Below, piece after piece: positions 13,401 to 24,800 of a DNA stretch of 64,000 nt. This DNA is from Amoebophrya sp. A120. Taxonomy: Eukaryota; Protista; Dinoflagellata. Each line of letters starts with the position of its first letter. Position 1 is the stretch's first letter. Under the pieces are notes generated by a model, which made no database searches, had not been told where the DNA came from, and saw nothing but the letters and a program-made list of their open reading frames with translations. The position numbers and the translations under genes were made by a program. The DNA lies in NCBI GenBank assembly GCA_905178155.1, contig CAJINV010000013.1:1864281-1928280 (forward strand), in the 5' to 3' direction.

Positions 13401-14241
13401 CTCCAGACTTTTTTTTTGTGCATGTGATTAACAGGAATTTTAAACAAGAAGAAGAAAATGCGTGCCAACGCCTGATGCTTATATATTTTTGCGACATCCA
13501 CAATATCAATATTATTCCTGCCAGTTTCCTCTTTTCGTAACAGGTTCGACGAGGTCTCCTTCGTTTCGCAACAACCGCATCAGTATTCCAAACTCGAATC
13601 ATTGGTCGTAAGCCGCGCAGCCTGGCGACTCAACGATCGTAGGACTGGCTGGGTATTGTCATTCCATGCTGCTTCTTCACTATTTCAAATGTAAGTAAAG
13701 GTGCTGGTGATACAGGTGGTGCTGCAACACATTGAATAGCAAGCCCATCGCATCGAATTATGACATCAAATCTAATCGTTTTCGAAAACAAAACACAGGC
13801 TTGCGTCCTTCTTGCCAAAGGCCTGCGCAGCAACTTACAAGGAAGGAGGGCGACATCTACTTTCCGATCCGGTAAAATATGATCTCTCTGCAAAGAGCAC
13901 TTGTTTTGTTTTCCAGCAGGTTTTTGCACTCTCTTTGAGGTTTTGCACGCAAAACAAGCAAATGCATCAATTCAATAAATGAAAGATCGTCCACCCCTGC
14001 GGTAGAATTGCTTTTTTGTGGCAGCGATGATGGCGGCTGCGGGATCTCCATGTAAAGATAGTTCGGCCCCGGTTCGCAGCTCGCTAGCCTTGCGACAAGT
14101 TTTCCGAAAAGACGTTCATCCAACGCAGCGGACGGCAGCCTCGAGAACTACTACAAACGAAGACGCGACTTCTACAGTCCAGGACCAAACCGTGGCCCGT
14201 GGGGTATAGAGATTTTTTTGCAAAGCAGAAGAAGGATATTG

Positions 14242-15758
14242 ATGTTGTGTTTCTCTTTTTTCTTTTCGTTTGTTGCTGCCACTTCTGGAGTTGCTCAGAT
14301 TGGCAAGTAGTCTATCGCGGTTTACATGTTCAACATTACAACATTAGGTTATGGTTGCATGTCTATACTCTTTTGGCTTCGTCAGAAAAAATAAAAAGCA
14401 AAACCACACACACACAGCAGTCCGAGCTGCATCGTGAGCAAGTTGGTGCATCTACGGACAAGAGTATCCGCCCCCCCCCCCACCCACCCCCATCCACCGA
14501 CGGGTCGCGCTGTAGTGCTGAGCCCCGTTCCGTCACGCAGACCCGGGAGGAACGTGAACTATCGCCGTAAAATTACCAACGGGCGCAATAATCACTGTAC
14601 CGACAACTGTCTCCGTCTAACCGCTTTGGCTGGAGCTTTTGACAACGCCGCAGACTTCCCCGCTGTTGGTGTACTCGCTGTGAAGGAGCGAGAAAATAAT
14701 CAGCGGCACTTCCGCGGGGTGTCCGACGCTGTTGATCCGGCAACATCAACTTCGGAGTTACAAGCTGTTTCCCACGACGGCGAACAGCACGAGTTTGCTG
14801 ACGAGCAGACCGAGGGGAACTCGAATGCCGCCCCGAAAGATGGTTCCGGGTCACCTTCGCCACCGCGACAGCTGGCCCCACAATCTGGAGAAAGTATGTC
14901 AGCTACACCAACAACACTGTCGACTTTGGCGCAGCGTTTCCGCGAGCTGGATTCCAACGGTGATCACATTCTGTCAACCGCAGACGCGGACGTGACTGAA
15001 CATGACCTGCAGAGTCTGCGCGCTGCGGCGAGTAGTGCCGGTTTACCAGCAGTGAGCACCTCTGGGACCTCCGAGGACCACGATAAGCTGGCGTCTGATG
15101 CGGAAAAGGTACTCTTCTCTCAGCCACAGAATTCCATCATGAAGTTTCGCGCGCCCGAATATGTAGAAACGAATACCTCCAGGAGAGCGAATTATTCATA
15201 TGTAAGCAAGAATAAGAAGCTCGTAACTAAAAGAACTTCGCTCACCGACAGGCCAAGGGCATTTCTTTCGGCGAGTTTGTGGACGGCTGCACGGTGGCTC
15301 TCGCCGCGGCGGAGTCGAAGGAGGAAGATGCGAAAGCGCATGCGAACCCGGCAGGGGCAACATCCGCCTCGTCCCCCGCAGAAGGAATGAAGGAATCCGT
15401 GGACGGCGAGAACAGGCCACGCGAGCAGGTGCTGCACCAATCGCAATCCGCATCGCTTCTCCAGGTGAGAAAAGATAAAGAAGCGATGTCGGTCTTTGGT
15501 TTGACCACAATGTGCTGCGATGTATCAATGGGGAATAACATTAGTAGTTGCGGAAGCCCGAGGAGTTCCGTCAGTGGCAGCACAATGACTTCAAGGAGTT
15601 CACTAAGCATACCCACAGCGATGTCAACGTCCCGTAAAGCTGCAAGCTCGAAAGCTGGTGCCTCGCTTCCTCCTACCGCGGAGCAGAAAGCTCTTCCTCC
15701 TTCGGAGCAGAAACCACGGGAACGGGATTGGTGGGATAGTTTTATCGACCGCGGATAG
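14242..15758 (+). CDS. EF-hand-containing, possibly secreted hypothetical protein (5' end uncertain)
   Basis: ORFs 14434-15390 and 15279-15758 join through GT-AG intron 15109-15251, linking FRELDSNGDHILSTAD to AKGISFGEFVDGC (EF-hand-like). A hydrophobic first exon from ATG 14242 is possible but tentative. Confidence 0.5.
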
Positions 15759-16841
15759 AAGACTTCGTTTCTTCTTGTTCAGCTTCAACTTCATCCTCTT
15801 TTCACGACAATGCTCGTGTAATGTGGACGAGCAGCAGCAGCTTCCCACGCATGCGATAATGAGACTGAGAGGTCGTAGGAGGGAACTCTAACGCGACAAC
15901 GCCGAAAAGAACACATGACTCAGAGCAATTCTTTTGCTTCTTGTTCCCAGACTTGAACTTGTACATTTTAGTTTATTTCATCCAATCATCAACCCGAAGC
16001 CGTGGTGATAGACGAACAGTGCTCCCAGTGAAAATGTGGATCAGCGATAAAAAAGGCTGCGCTTGTGAAGTTGAGCACCGCGGTGAATGAAGGTATTAAA
16101 AACTATTCAGTTATCACAGTTTCTCGAAGATGTGTACTTAGCATCAGGAAGATAGTCGTCATGAACTACTCAGTGATTTTCTCTACTGGATGCAGCCCCC
16201 CAGCTGCTGCAGCTGCAGACGTGATTGGATATGTTTCAAACAGAGCAACAGGAGCTTGAACTTGTAGTTTGAGAAGCCTCCTTATGTCAAGAATCATGGA
16301 CAGCTACAGGTACAGACTTTGAATTATTTCAGCAAAAGGATTGTTTTATCTTCGTGATACGCAAAATAAAGTCAGTTTCACTTTCACGCACGAACCGGTC
16401 GTGGATGAAAATCATGCAGTTTGATGCAGTTGCTCTGAGAGACAGGAAAAATTTGAAGTTTCGAATTTCAGAGTTAGAGTTTTATCTGTAAGAGCAGCAC
16501 CGTTGGAAATAGTGCAACCAAGTAAAGCTATTGGGGTTCATCTTTTCTTCGCTGGTGTTGGTGTCGCGGTGTTAGTTGGCGTGGTTCTTTTTGTGTTGGT
16601 TTTCTCGTGTTTCTGTTTGCATCCAGTTCTTTGCACCGGTAATTTTGGCCGAGGAAAAACGATCTTATCTAATAGAATAGAATTAGAAATCTGAGACTGA
16701 GGTCTCCCCTGATCGTTCGTGGCATCCATCTCGATCTCCCGCTGCAATTTATATCAACATTTTCTTTTCAAACTCAAATCAATATGGATCACGCGCGCTT
16801 GGGATCCTTTTGATGTGAAGGTGACAAAAGTCATATAGCTT

Positions 16842-18092
16842 ATGTTTGCTTCAACTAGTGCCTCTGCCTGCGTCCATGTGGTTGTAATTATTGCTTGCAC
16901 TCGACAGGGACACCCACTTTCTACAGATTTTACTCTTGCTGAAAGAAATATTCCTCCGGAAGAAAACATGTTCAACGGAACGAACATCCTCGTCATGATA
17001 AAGGCCGCACAGGTCCTGGAACACCGTGTGCGCGAGAGCGCAGACACTTGGATGCAAGATTTCGTGTTGGAGGATGCTGGCATGGCTGGGACACCTGTAA
17101 AAATGGAGGAGCACGGTGTCCACTCCGCGGCTGCCGGAGTATCAACTGCGTCACCATTTTCTTCTTCAAGCGTCGTCCTTTCCACCGACGAGCCGCTATT
17201 TTCCATCGAAGCCCCGCACGAGCAGCTGATCTCCCCAAGCTGGCCGAACGGCACCGAGCGGGTAATTCGGCGGTTCTGCCAACAGAACAGCCTGTGCTAC
17301 CGCTACCAAGTGGCGTGCTGGTCGCATCTCTGGAACTTCTTCGAGGTGATTCAGAAGTACTTTGTCACAATCATAGCACCGTCGTTCAACTGGCTTTTGG
17401 TAGTCGATGACGACACCTACGTTTTCCGTAAACCGCTGGAAGAAATGGTGGGGAAAATGGAGGGGAACTACGTTTCGTTGGCAGGAAGAAAACCAAGAAC
17501 AGCAACTACACCCTCCATTTCATCCGAAACAACCACTTTTCATCAAATCTACGCCGGGTCCCTCCAGGGCACGCGGACGCCGCTCGTGAAGCAAATCGCC
17601 TCTACAGCAGCGGGGGCGCTGTTTTCCAGAGACCTGCTGCTAGCGATTTTCGAGAAGTGGAAGGAGAAAGTCAACGGCGAGAAGCATCTTCACGAAGAAC
17701 AGATCCTGCACGTTTGCAGGGCGTACGGACAGGGGGACGACACGGCGATGGGTGGCTTGGCGTTGCAATTCGCAAATCTCACTGGGTTGCCAAATATGCA
17801 CCGGACCTGTCCTCCGGAGGGCAGAGAGAAAGAGTTGGTGAGGGAAAAGAGCCGCTACGAAGAAAACGGGGTGGAGCGCTTGAGTATAGATCGAAGCCTA
17901 TCCTTCGGTTGGGCTCCCGCCACTGCGCATTGCTGCTTGCGGACGCAAACGGTGAACCAGTTTTGGAAAGAAGCGGAACTTTTGGAGGCGGGACGGAGCA
18001 AGAATCGGAAGCACGGGGTCCTGGAGAAAGGGAAGAAGCTGAACTGTTGGCAGAAATGGAGGCAGTTTCAATCAAAGTACGGTTTGTTGTAA
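16842..18092 (+). CDS. Fringe-like / GT31 glycosyltransferase
   Basis: WLLVVDDDTYV DxD motif, AGALFSRDLL and GDDTAMG match the Fringe/GT31 pattern. A hydrophobic signal-anchor-like stretch at 16503-16694 may be an upstream exon. Confidence 0.7.
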   Translation: MFASTSASACVHVVVIIACTRQGHPLSTDFTLAERNIPPEENMFNGTNILVMIKAAQVLEHRVRESADTWMQDFVLEDAGMAGTPVKMEEHGVHSAAAGVSTASPFSSSSVVLSTDEPLFSIEAPHEQLISPSWPNGTERVIRRFCQQNSLCYRYQVACWSHLWNFFEVIQKYFVTIIAPSFNWLLVVDDDTYVFRKPLEEMVGKMEGNYVSLAGRKPRTATTPSISSETTTFHQIYAGSLQGTRTPLVKQIASTAAGALFSRDLLLAIFEKWKEKVNGEKHLHEEQILHVCRAYGQGDDTAMGGLALQFANLTGLPNMHRTCPPEGREKELVREKSRYEENGVERLSIDRSLSFGWAPATAHCCLRTQTVNQFWKEAELLEAGRSKNRKHGVLEKGKKLNCWQKWRQFQSKYGLL

Positions 18093-18845
18093 AAACAGCA
18101 AATAAGAAATTTAGAGAGCTAAACATTCAAAGTTGATGTACTTCGGCGTCAATTTGTTACAGTGACGGGGTGCGAGAAAACAAGCGCGCCTGCTGCTGCC
18201 TGTATGATTTTTGTTGTGTCGTGTGTCTATGGTCGCACCGTACTACTTCAGTATCGAAATCGAATTGCTCGACGCAAAATAAAGATTTTGTAGAAGCCAA
18301 CATGTTCATCTTTCAGGTCACGTCATTGTTGTGCCTGAAGCATTCGCTTCGCTGCTCTTCGACATTGTCGAGGGCATTGATACGCTCTAATGATCGTCCT
18401 GCACTTTTCAGAATTTTGACGAGGCACAAGCAACTGGTAGCACGATTCGGTCACACTAGCAAAAATAACAAGACGTCGGTCCGAGCATTTTACGCGTCGT
18501 GCTTGAATGTTGAAGTCAATGGCAGTCGTGGAAAAGAGTTAGAGTTTGAACTGCCAGATCGGTCTGCGTGCAACAGCAAAAAACGTCCAAAGCCGTTTCG
18601 GTTCATCATATCGAGCATCGTATTCGTACAATTACCGTCGTGCAAACAAAGATTTTCATTTTTGCTATGAATGATGTCTGATTCTTGGAAGTCTTTTCGT
18701 CATCGTCCTCAACACATTTTCGTATCCATCGTACAGCGTCTCCTTATCGACAACGAACTACTCCCCGCCGAATATTTGTTTCTAAAACATTTTCAACGAC
18801 GTCGCTGTATCGCCCGTGAAGTTTCAATCTCTCAGCAAAGAAGCC

Positions 18846-21800
18846 ATGTCGCATGCAGACAAAGCGCCTCATTACAGCCCTTGGATCGGGCTCGATGGGG
18901 AAGATGGCAGAGACACTTCCGTGCTCGTCTTCCAGCCGGCGCTGCAGCCCGGAGGAGCGAACGTGCTCAACCGCGTCGCCGTTGGGAACGGCACGGTGCT
19001 GAGTCAGTATCAACTGTGTGTACTGGAGAGCAAAAAGACTGATGGGAACAAGGCGGGGAACAAGCAAGCAAGCTATCCCGAGCTGGTGAATCTGGTTCCG
19101 CACACGGTGTTGCAGAAGCCTCGTACTGGCGGTTCAAAAGGGAAAGCAGCCGGCTACAACAGCCAGGTTGCCCCACTATCAGCTGAAGCCGACAACATGT
19201 CATTAGGAGCAGGTACCAGCACGACTCCAACAACGACGTTGCTCTGTACACCAGCGCCCAGCCTCCCGACCCAGCAGCAGTCGCAGCGCGTCACGCATCA
19301 GCAGAACATGCAAAACTCAAAAACTCTCTATATCGTCAACCTTCCGACGGATGGCGACAAGAACAATCAGGTGAAGGTGAGACAAAAGTATGAGCACCAG
19401 AGCCCGATTGAGTTTGTCTGCTGCGGCGGCGACCGGATCTTCATCGCGTCCAAATTTCACCCGCACTTGATGCTGAACAATTCATCTTCCAGTACAAGTG
19501 AATCGAACGGGCGGGGGAGCACGAGCAGCACCGCTGCTGCTGCTGACGACGCGGAGGATTTGGACAAGAAAGATCCAGTCGCGCCGCCGGAGGTTCTGAT
19601 GCTGAACAAAGATACGGAGAGCGACGAGGAGGACCACCTGAACCCGGATGAGGAGCACAAACACGCCCTTTTCGACGCTTTGCACGCGGAAGAGGACCAC
19701 GGGATCACGTACATTGCCGTCACGGTTCTGAAAAGGAAACAACTCGAGGGTAGTTTGAACGCCGCGCATTTGGTTCTGAAGAATCTGAACAAAAGCTTGA
19801 CGTCCAATTTTCAGCAGCAAGACGGGGAAGAGGAAATAAACGGACCAAATGGTCGTGCCGTGAATCTGGCGGATTCAACAACTGTTGTAGACGGTGAAAA
19901 TTATGTCGGTTCAACATTCTATTACGAGGAGGAGAAAGACATGAAATTCTGGGCGAAGATCGAGGGGCAGTCGCTGAGTTGCTTCAGCTGCGATAACACC
20001 GGGGAACACTTGATTTCGGCCGACAACGGCAGCCACCATCACATTCGCGTGTGGGACCTGTTTTCAGCGGGAGGGACTGCAAGCGCGAAGCGAAGAAAAA
20101 GCAGGAAAAGCAAAGGAATGTCCAAGAACGACCTGATCAGCAACTTCACCCCTTTTCCGAACATAAAGCACGTTTTGGGCAATCAGCACCACGACCTGAT
20201 TCAGGCGTTGCAATTCTGCACGACTTCCAAAGAGAGATTCTTCTCCGCTGGAAAAGATAAAACGGTCTGCGCCTGGGTCGGCAACCGGTGTGTCCAGAAG
20301 TTGGAGAACGTGGGCGGGAATTTGGAAAATTCTTTACTGCTGATCGACAACCAGTTTCTCTTCCTGAACGCCAGCAACGGGGAGGAGGACGAGGAGGAAA
20401 ACTTGAATGTTTCTTCCTTCCTGAAAGTGTGGCATTCCGAGTCCCTGGAGCTGTTGAAGGAGCTGGAGCCGCCGTTGAGCGAAGTGGAAAATGCCGTCGA
20501 GAGTGGCGGAACTCATTATGTCAAGCCCACGCCGCTAGCGTCCGTCCCCAATGGGTTCGCCGTCACGAAAACGCACGTGGTTGCTGCGGGAGCTGTTGTT
20601 TCTGGTGGCAGCACGGCGTCTCCTCTGATGTCGTGGCAACGGGGGTTGCACATCGAAAACGGAGCAAATGGAGGTGCAACAGATCATACTGGAGTCGACA
20701 GTACTTTTACAACAACCTCTCACGGCGCGGCGCAACTCACTCCAGTCAGATACCTGGCGAAGCAAAACATTACAATTCCGGCAAGCAAGCAAGGACCCTC
20801 TTCGTCCGGTGCAACTACCAATGCGAAGAACACAGGGAACCTGACTTTAAACCGAAACAACAAACTTCTGATCTTCAATTACGGGCAAGACCCGAAGCAG
20901 AAATTCCTGCTTTCCGCCGGCGAGCAGGTGGCTCCGGACATCAACCCGAAGGATCGGAATGTCTTTCTCTGGAGCTACTTGGAAGAAAATCACCCGAGAC
21001 TAGAGGGGACTTTCCGGGCCGGCGGGTTGCAACAGCAACTGGTGAATCTCGCTCTTGGTGGGAAGGACAGCAACACGTCGCACAGCCAGCACTTGCACGG
21101 CGCTCCGCGGACGGTGATTTTCTGTGACATCGTTTCCGGGAGTTTCTGTCGCGAGTGGAAGAAACAGCGCGGTCCGCACCACGTCTTGACGCAGAACTCC
21201 ACCAAAAATCAAACCGCTGCGAAGATGTCGAAAAATGCAGCGGAACATCAAATCCAGTACGGCATCCGGTGCGTGACCAATCGGGGCGAAATTTCCGTTT
21301 TCTTCGGGCCGGATTTCCTCCGCAAGGACCAAGAGCACCACGCCGTCGATTTCGATTTTGCGGAGAACGCGAGCCACTGTCTCGTGCATTCCGTCTCCGC
21401 GGTGGGGGCGGCCGGGAACAACCTCGCAATGCTGGTCAGCGAGGACGGGAGTGACTTCAAAATGCTCATCGTCGACGGGTTCCTCGGGACGGTGCTCGCG
21501 ACAAGGGACGTAGAGTCGAGTTGTTGTTTGCTCACCTCCGCAGCGTCGGAACTGATTGTCGCGCCGGAACAAGGTTCAAAAGCGGGAGCGTCGACTAGCA
21601 GTAGTAGTTCTTCTTTGCAGGTCTACGGCTACAGCGGAACAATAGCAAATACTAGCAGCTCGTCTTCGCCATCACTATCGGAAAACGGCACGATTGCCAT
21701 TCCGGATGGTGCGAAGCAGATCCAGCAAATTGTCAAAATCGACGACAAAGAGTCGAAAACCTTCGAATTTTTAGAAGTCGAGGAACTCCCTCTAGGGGCG

Positions 21801-24800
21801 AACCCGCACGACAAGAACGCGGAAAAATTGAAGGTCAATTCTTTGGAATCCGTCTACCGCTTAGGGTACTCCGGGAAGAGGCAGCCGGCGAGTACTATTG
21901 TTTGCGCCGCGGAGAAGAAAATTTTCATCTACCGGAAGTTGCCCAGTTTAAGCGGGAATAAGGAGAAAGCCACGGCTCTGTACAGCAGCGGTAGCATGGA
22001 CAACTTGGAAGCGCCGCCACCGCCGCCGGACTTCAGTTCCGACACCCCGCTGTTGAAGGGGCCCCCGGCGTTCCCCTCGGTGCCGAAATCGCCGATGAGT
22101 GCGGCGACGCCGGACGTGAATGGTGGGGGTCCTGATGCGGTGAAAGTAAATCCGAATCCGTATGACCTGCTGGCAACCATGAGCATGTCGGGTGTGGACG
22201 AAACCGACTCCATCACCGCCGTCGCGGTGGGGAACCTGGACAGTCGAGGAGGCGTTTGGAATGTGTTTGCCGGGTTGTCATCAGGTAAGATCGCGATTTT
22301 CGAATTGAAAAGCGAGAATGACAGACGCACGGGGAGAACCTCCTTGCTCTACGGCGACGGCGGGAAGCAGGGGATTGCGCTGACTTTGACGGCGAAACTG
22401 CAGAAAATCGTTCCCAGCGCGGCAAGTGCAAATAAAACTTCGGGTGCTGGAAATGGAAATGAAATCACCACGCTCGAGTTCGACGAGACGACCCGTTTGC
22501 TGTGTGTTTCGACGAAATCCTTTGCTGGAATTCGGTTGTTGGATACAAGCGCCGGCGTTTACGTAAATTCCCTTGACGGGTTCTCGAACAGGACTGCGAA
22601 TGTCCTGAAGTCGAAAACTTCCGTGCGGCTGTTCCACGCGGGGAGAGGCGGAAGTGAAGAGGAGGACGAAAATCTCATCTTCGTGCGCAACAAGCAGAAT
22701 GGGGCGTTGATGGGCAAGTTCGACAGTTCTTCGGGTCACGAGAAGTCCGCAAAGATTTACTTTCTGCAGGCCTTTTATCTGGAACGAAAAGTAAACGGAA
22801 GAACGGGTCAAGAGTTGCAACATCCTTGGTTCTCTGAGAACCTGGTTCGTAACGCCCGCGACGCGTTTAAAAAGTTCAACGAATCGGCCAAAGACGAGAG
22901 ACCCGTCGAGGGGGAGGTCAGCAGCGGGGAGGAGATGGATTCCACGCTCGAAACGCAGGAACTGATCCTCTCCGCGGGCACCGACGGGAACGTGATCGTC
23001 TGGCGGGGCGAAACGGGGGAAATTCTCCGGAAGTACAGCGGGCACGCCAACGTGATCGGCGCGGTGCCCATCGATTTCGGGACCGGCAAGGGGTTCCAGT
23101 CCGCGGATGCGAAGTCGTTTTGGGTGCTCAGTCTGGCCAGTGAGGAGTTCGAGAACAAGGGAAACATGATGACAGGAGATGTAAGTGGTCCAGAAGGCAC
23201 TGCAAATGCCGCAAGTACTACTAGTCTCCCGCCCTCGTCCAAATACCTGCAAATCCGCGATGCGAACTACGCAAAGCACCCGAATTTGAACGCAAAAGTT
23301 GAAGCGTCGTCGATCAAGGATCTCCTGACGTCCAGAAGCTACCCGCTAGGCGAGAAGATCACGAGGGCAAGGACAATTTTGGTTGGAGGCGGGGGACAGC
23401 CGCAGCACCAGCAGAAATACAAACTCCAGCTCCTCTTCGAGGACAGAAACAAACTGGCCTTTGCCGCGGACATCTCCCAGCTCCTTCCCTCCTCCATGTG
23501 CCTCCCGCTCTGGTACACGGAGTGGCAAGCGCGGCGCGCGAGCCTGGCGGGCGGGAGCGGGGGCGCGGCAGGAGCTGCGAACGCGAGCAAAAGTGGGCAA
23601 CAACAGCAGCTGCAGCACCACCAGCACGCCGCGGGCGCAAACTACTTGTCTTCGCCAGTTGTGAAATTTGGCCCCGGGGCGGTGGCTCCGTCCGCAACGG
23701 CGAATTTATCTGTAGCGAAACTACGGAAGGAACTGATTCCACACCACATCGATTTTGCGAAAAACCTGTGCGGCGACTTCGCCCTCCTTTACTCCGCGTT
23801 GGACTTCGACCGGCTGCACGCGGAACGGTTTGCAATAGAAAATTTTTCCGGCAAAACTACGAACAAGAAGCAAAGCCTCTCGTTATCCCCGTTGATGCCT
23901 TTCGAGATCTCGATCGACCGCGAGGGCGACGCGGGCGTGTACACCACGTCCCAGACGGGCAAGACCAACTACCTCGCGGAGAGCGACGCGTACACGACGC
24001 TGCTGTCCCTCGTGCTATCCCAGGACAAGCTGCACAGCAGGGAGCGCGCGGCCTCGAACGTGTTGAAGCACGTAGTGGAGGCGGTGAAGGAGAGAGGAAC
24101 AGCTCCAGCGGCAAACTCCACAAATCCGAAGATTTACGGCACTTTTCAGGACGACAAATTCGTCCACATTTTGTCCGCGTGCGTGAAAAAGTACCCGGAC
24201 GCGGTGTCGCAGTTCCTGAAGCAGATCCCGATGCTGGAAACAAACCAGAAGATCGCGTTGCAGGACTGCGTGTCCCCCTACTTCCCCTTCCGCCAGCCCC
24301 CCATGGGAAAGGAGGACCCGATCGGCGCCTTTGAGGTGGCCGGGTCCGACTCCTGCTTCGGCTTCAGGGTGTGGCAGAACTTCATTGACCAGAAGATCCG
24401 GATAACCAACCTGATGGACAGCGAGAAGCTGATTTTTGGCGGAACCGGAGGGGTCTTGATAGGATACTTGAAATGGTTCTTCCAGGGCCCCCGGGAAGCG
24501 GCGTATGGTGCAGTGTCCGACCACGGGGGAAGTAAGGTAAATAGAGCAGGAGGTCGTGATAGTAGCGCAATAAAAGAACAACAACAAGTCGTGGACGGCG
24601 TCGTCGACAAAAACAATACAGGCGGTGGTTCTCTCGCGATGTACCAGCAGTTACTAGAGCAGAGCGCGCAAGATTCCACCGTGCCGAAAGCAGATAGGGA
24701 AGTTGGCCCGTTGCATCCCACCGGAGAGTCAGAATACTACCTAGCGCAGGCGTTCGTGATGCCCTACCCCGGGTTCGCGCAGGTGTTTTCGAACGACGAA

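Noticed and set aside
12983-14123. Possible minus-strand multi-exon gene, including a TATTCCTG direct repeat near 13391 and 13513
   Set aside because: Short ORFs, no recognisable domain, and no junction set I could defend.
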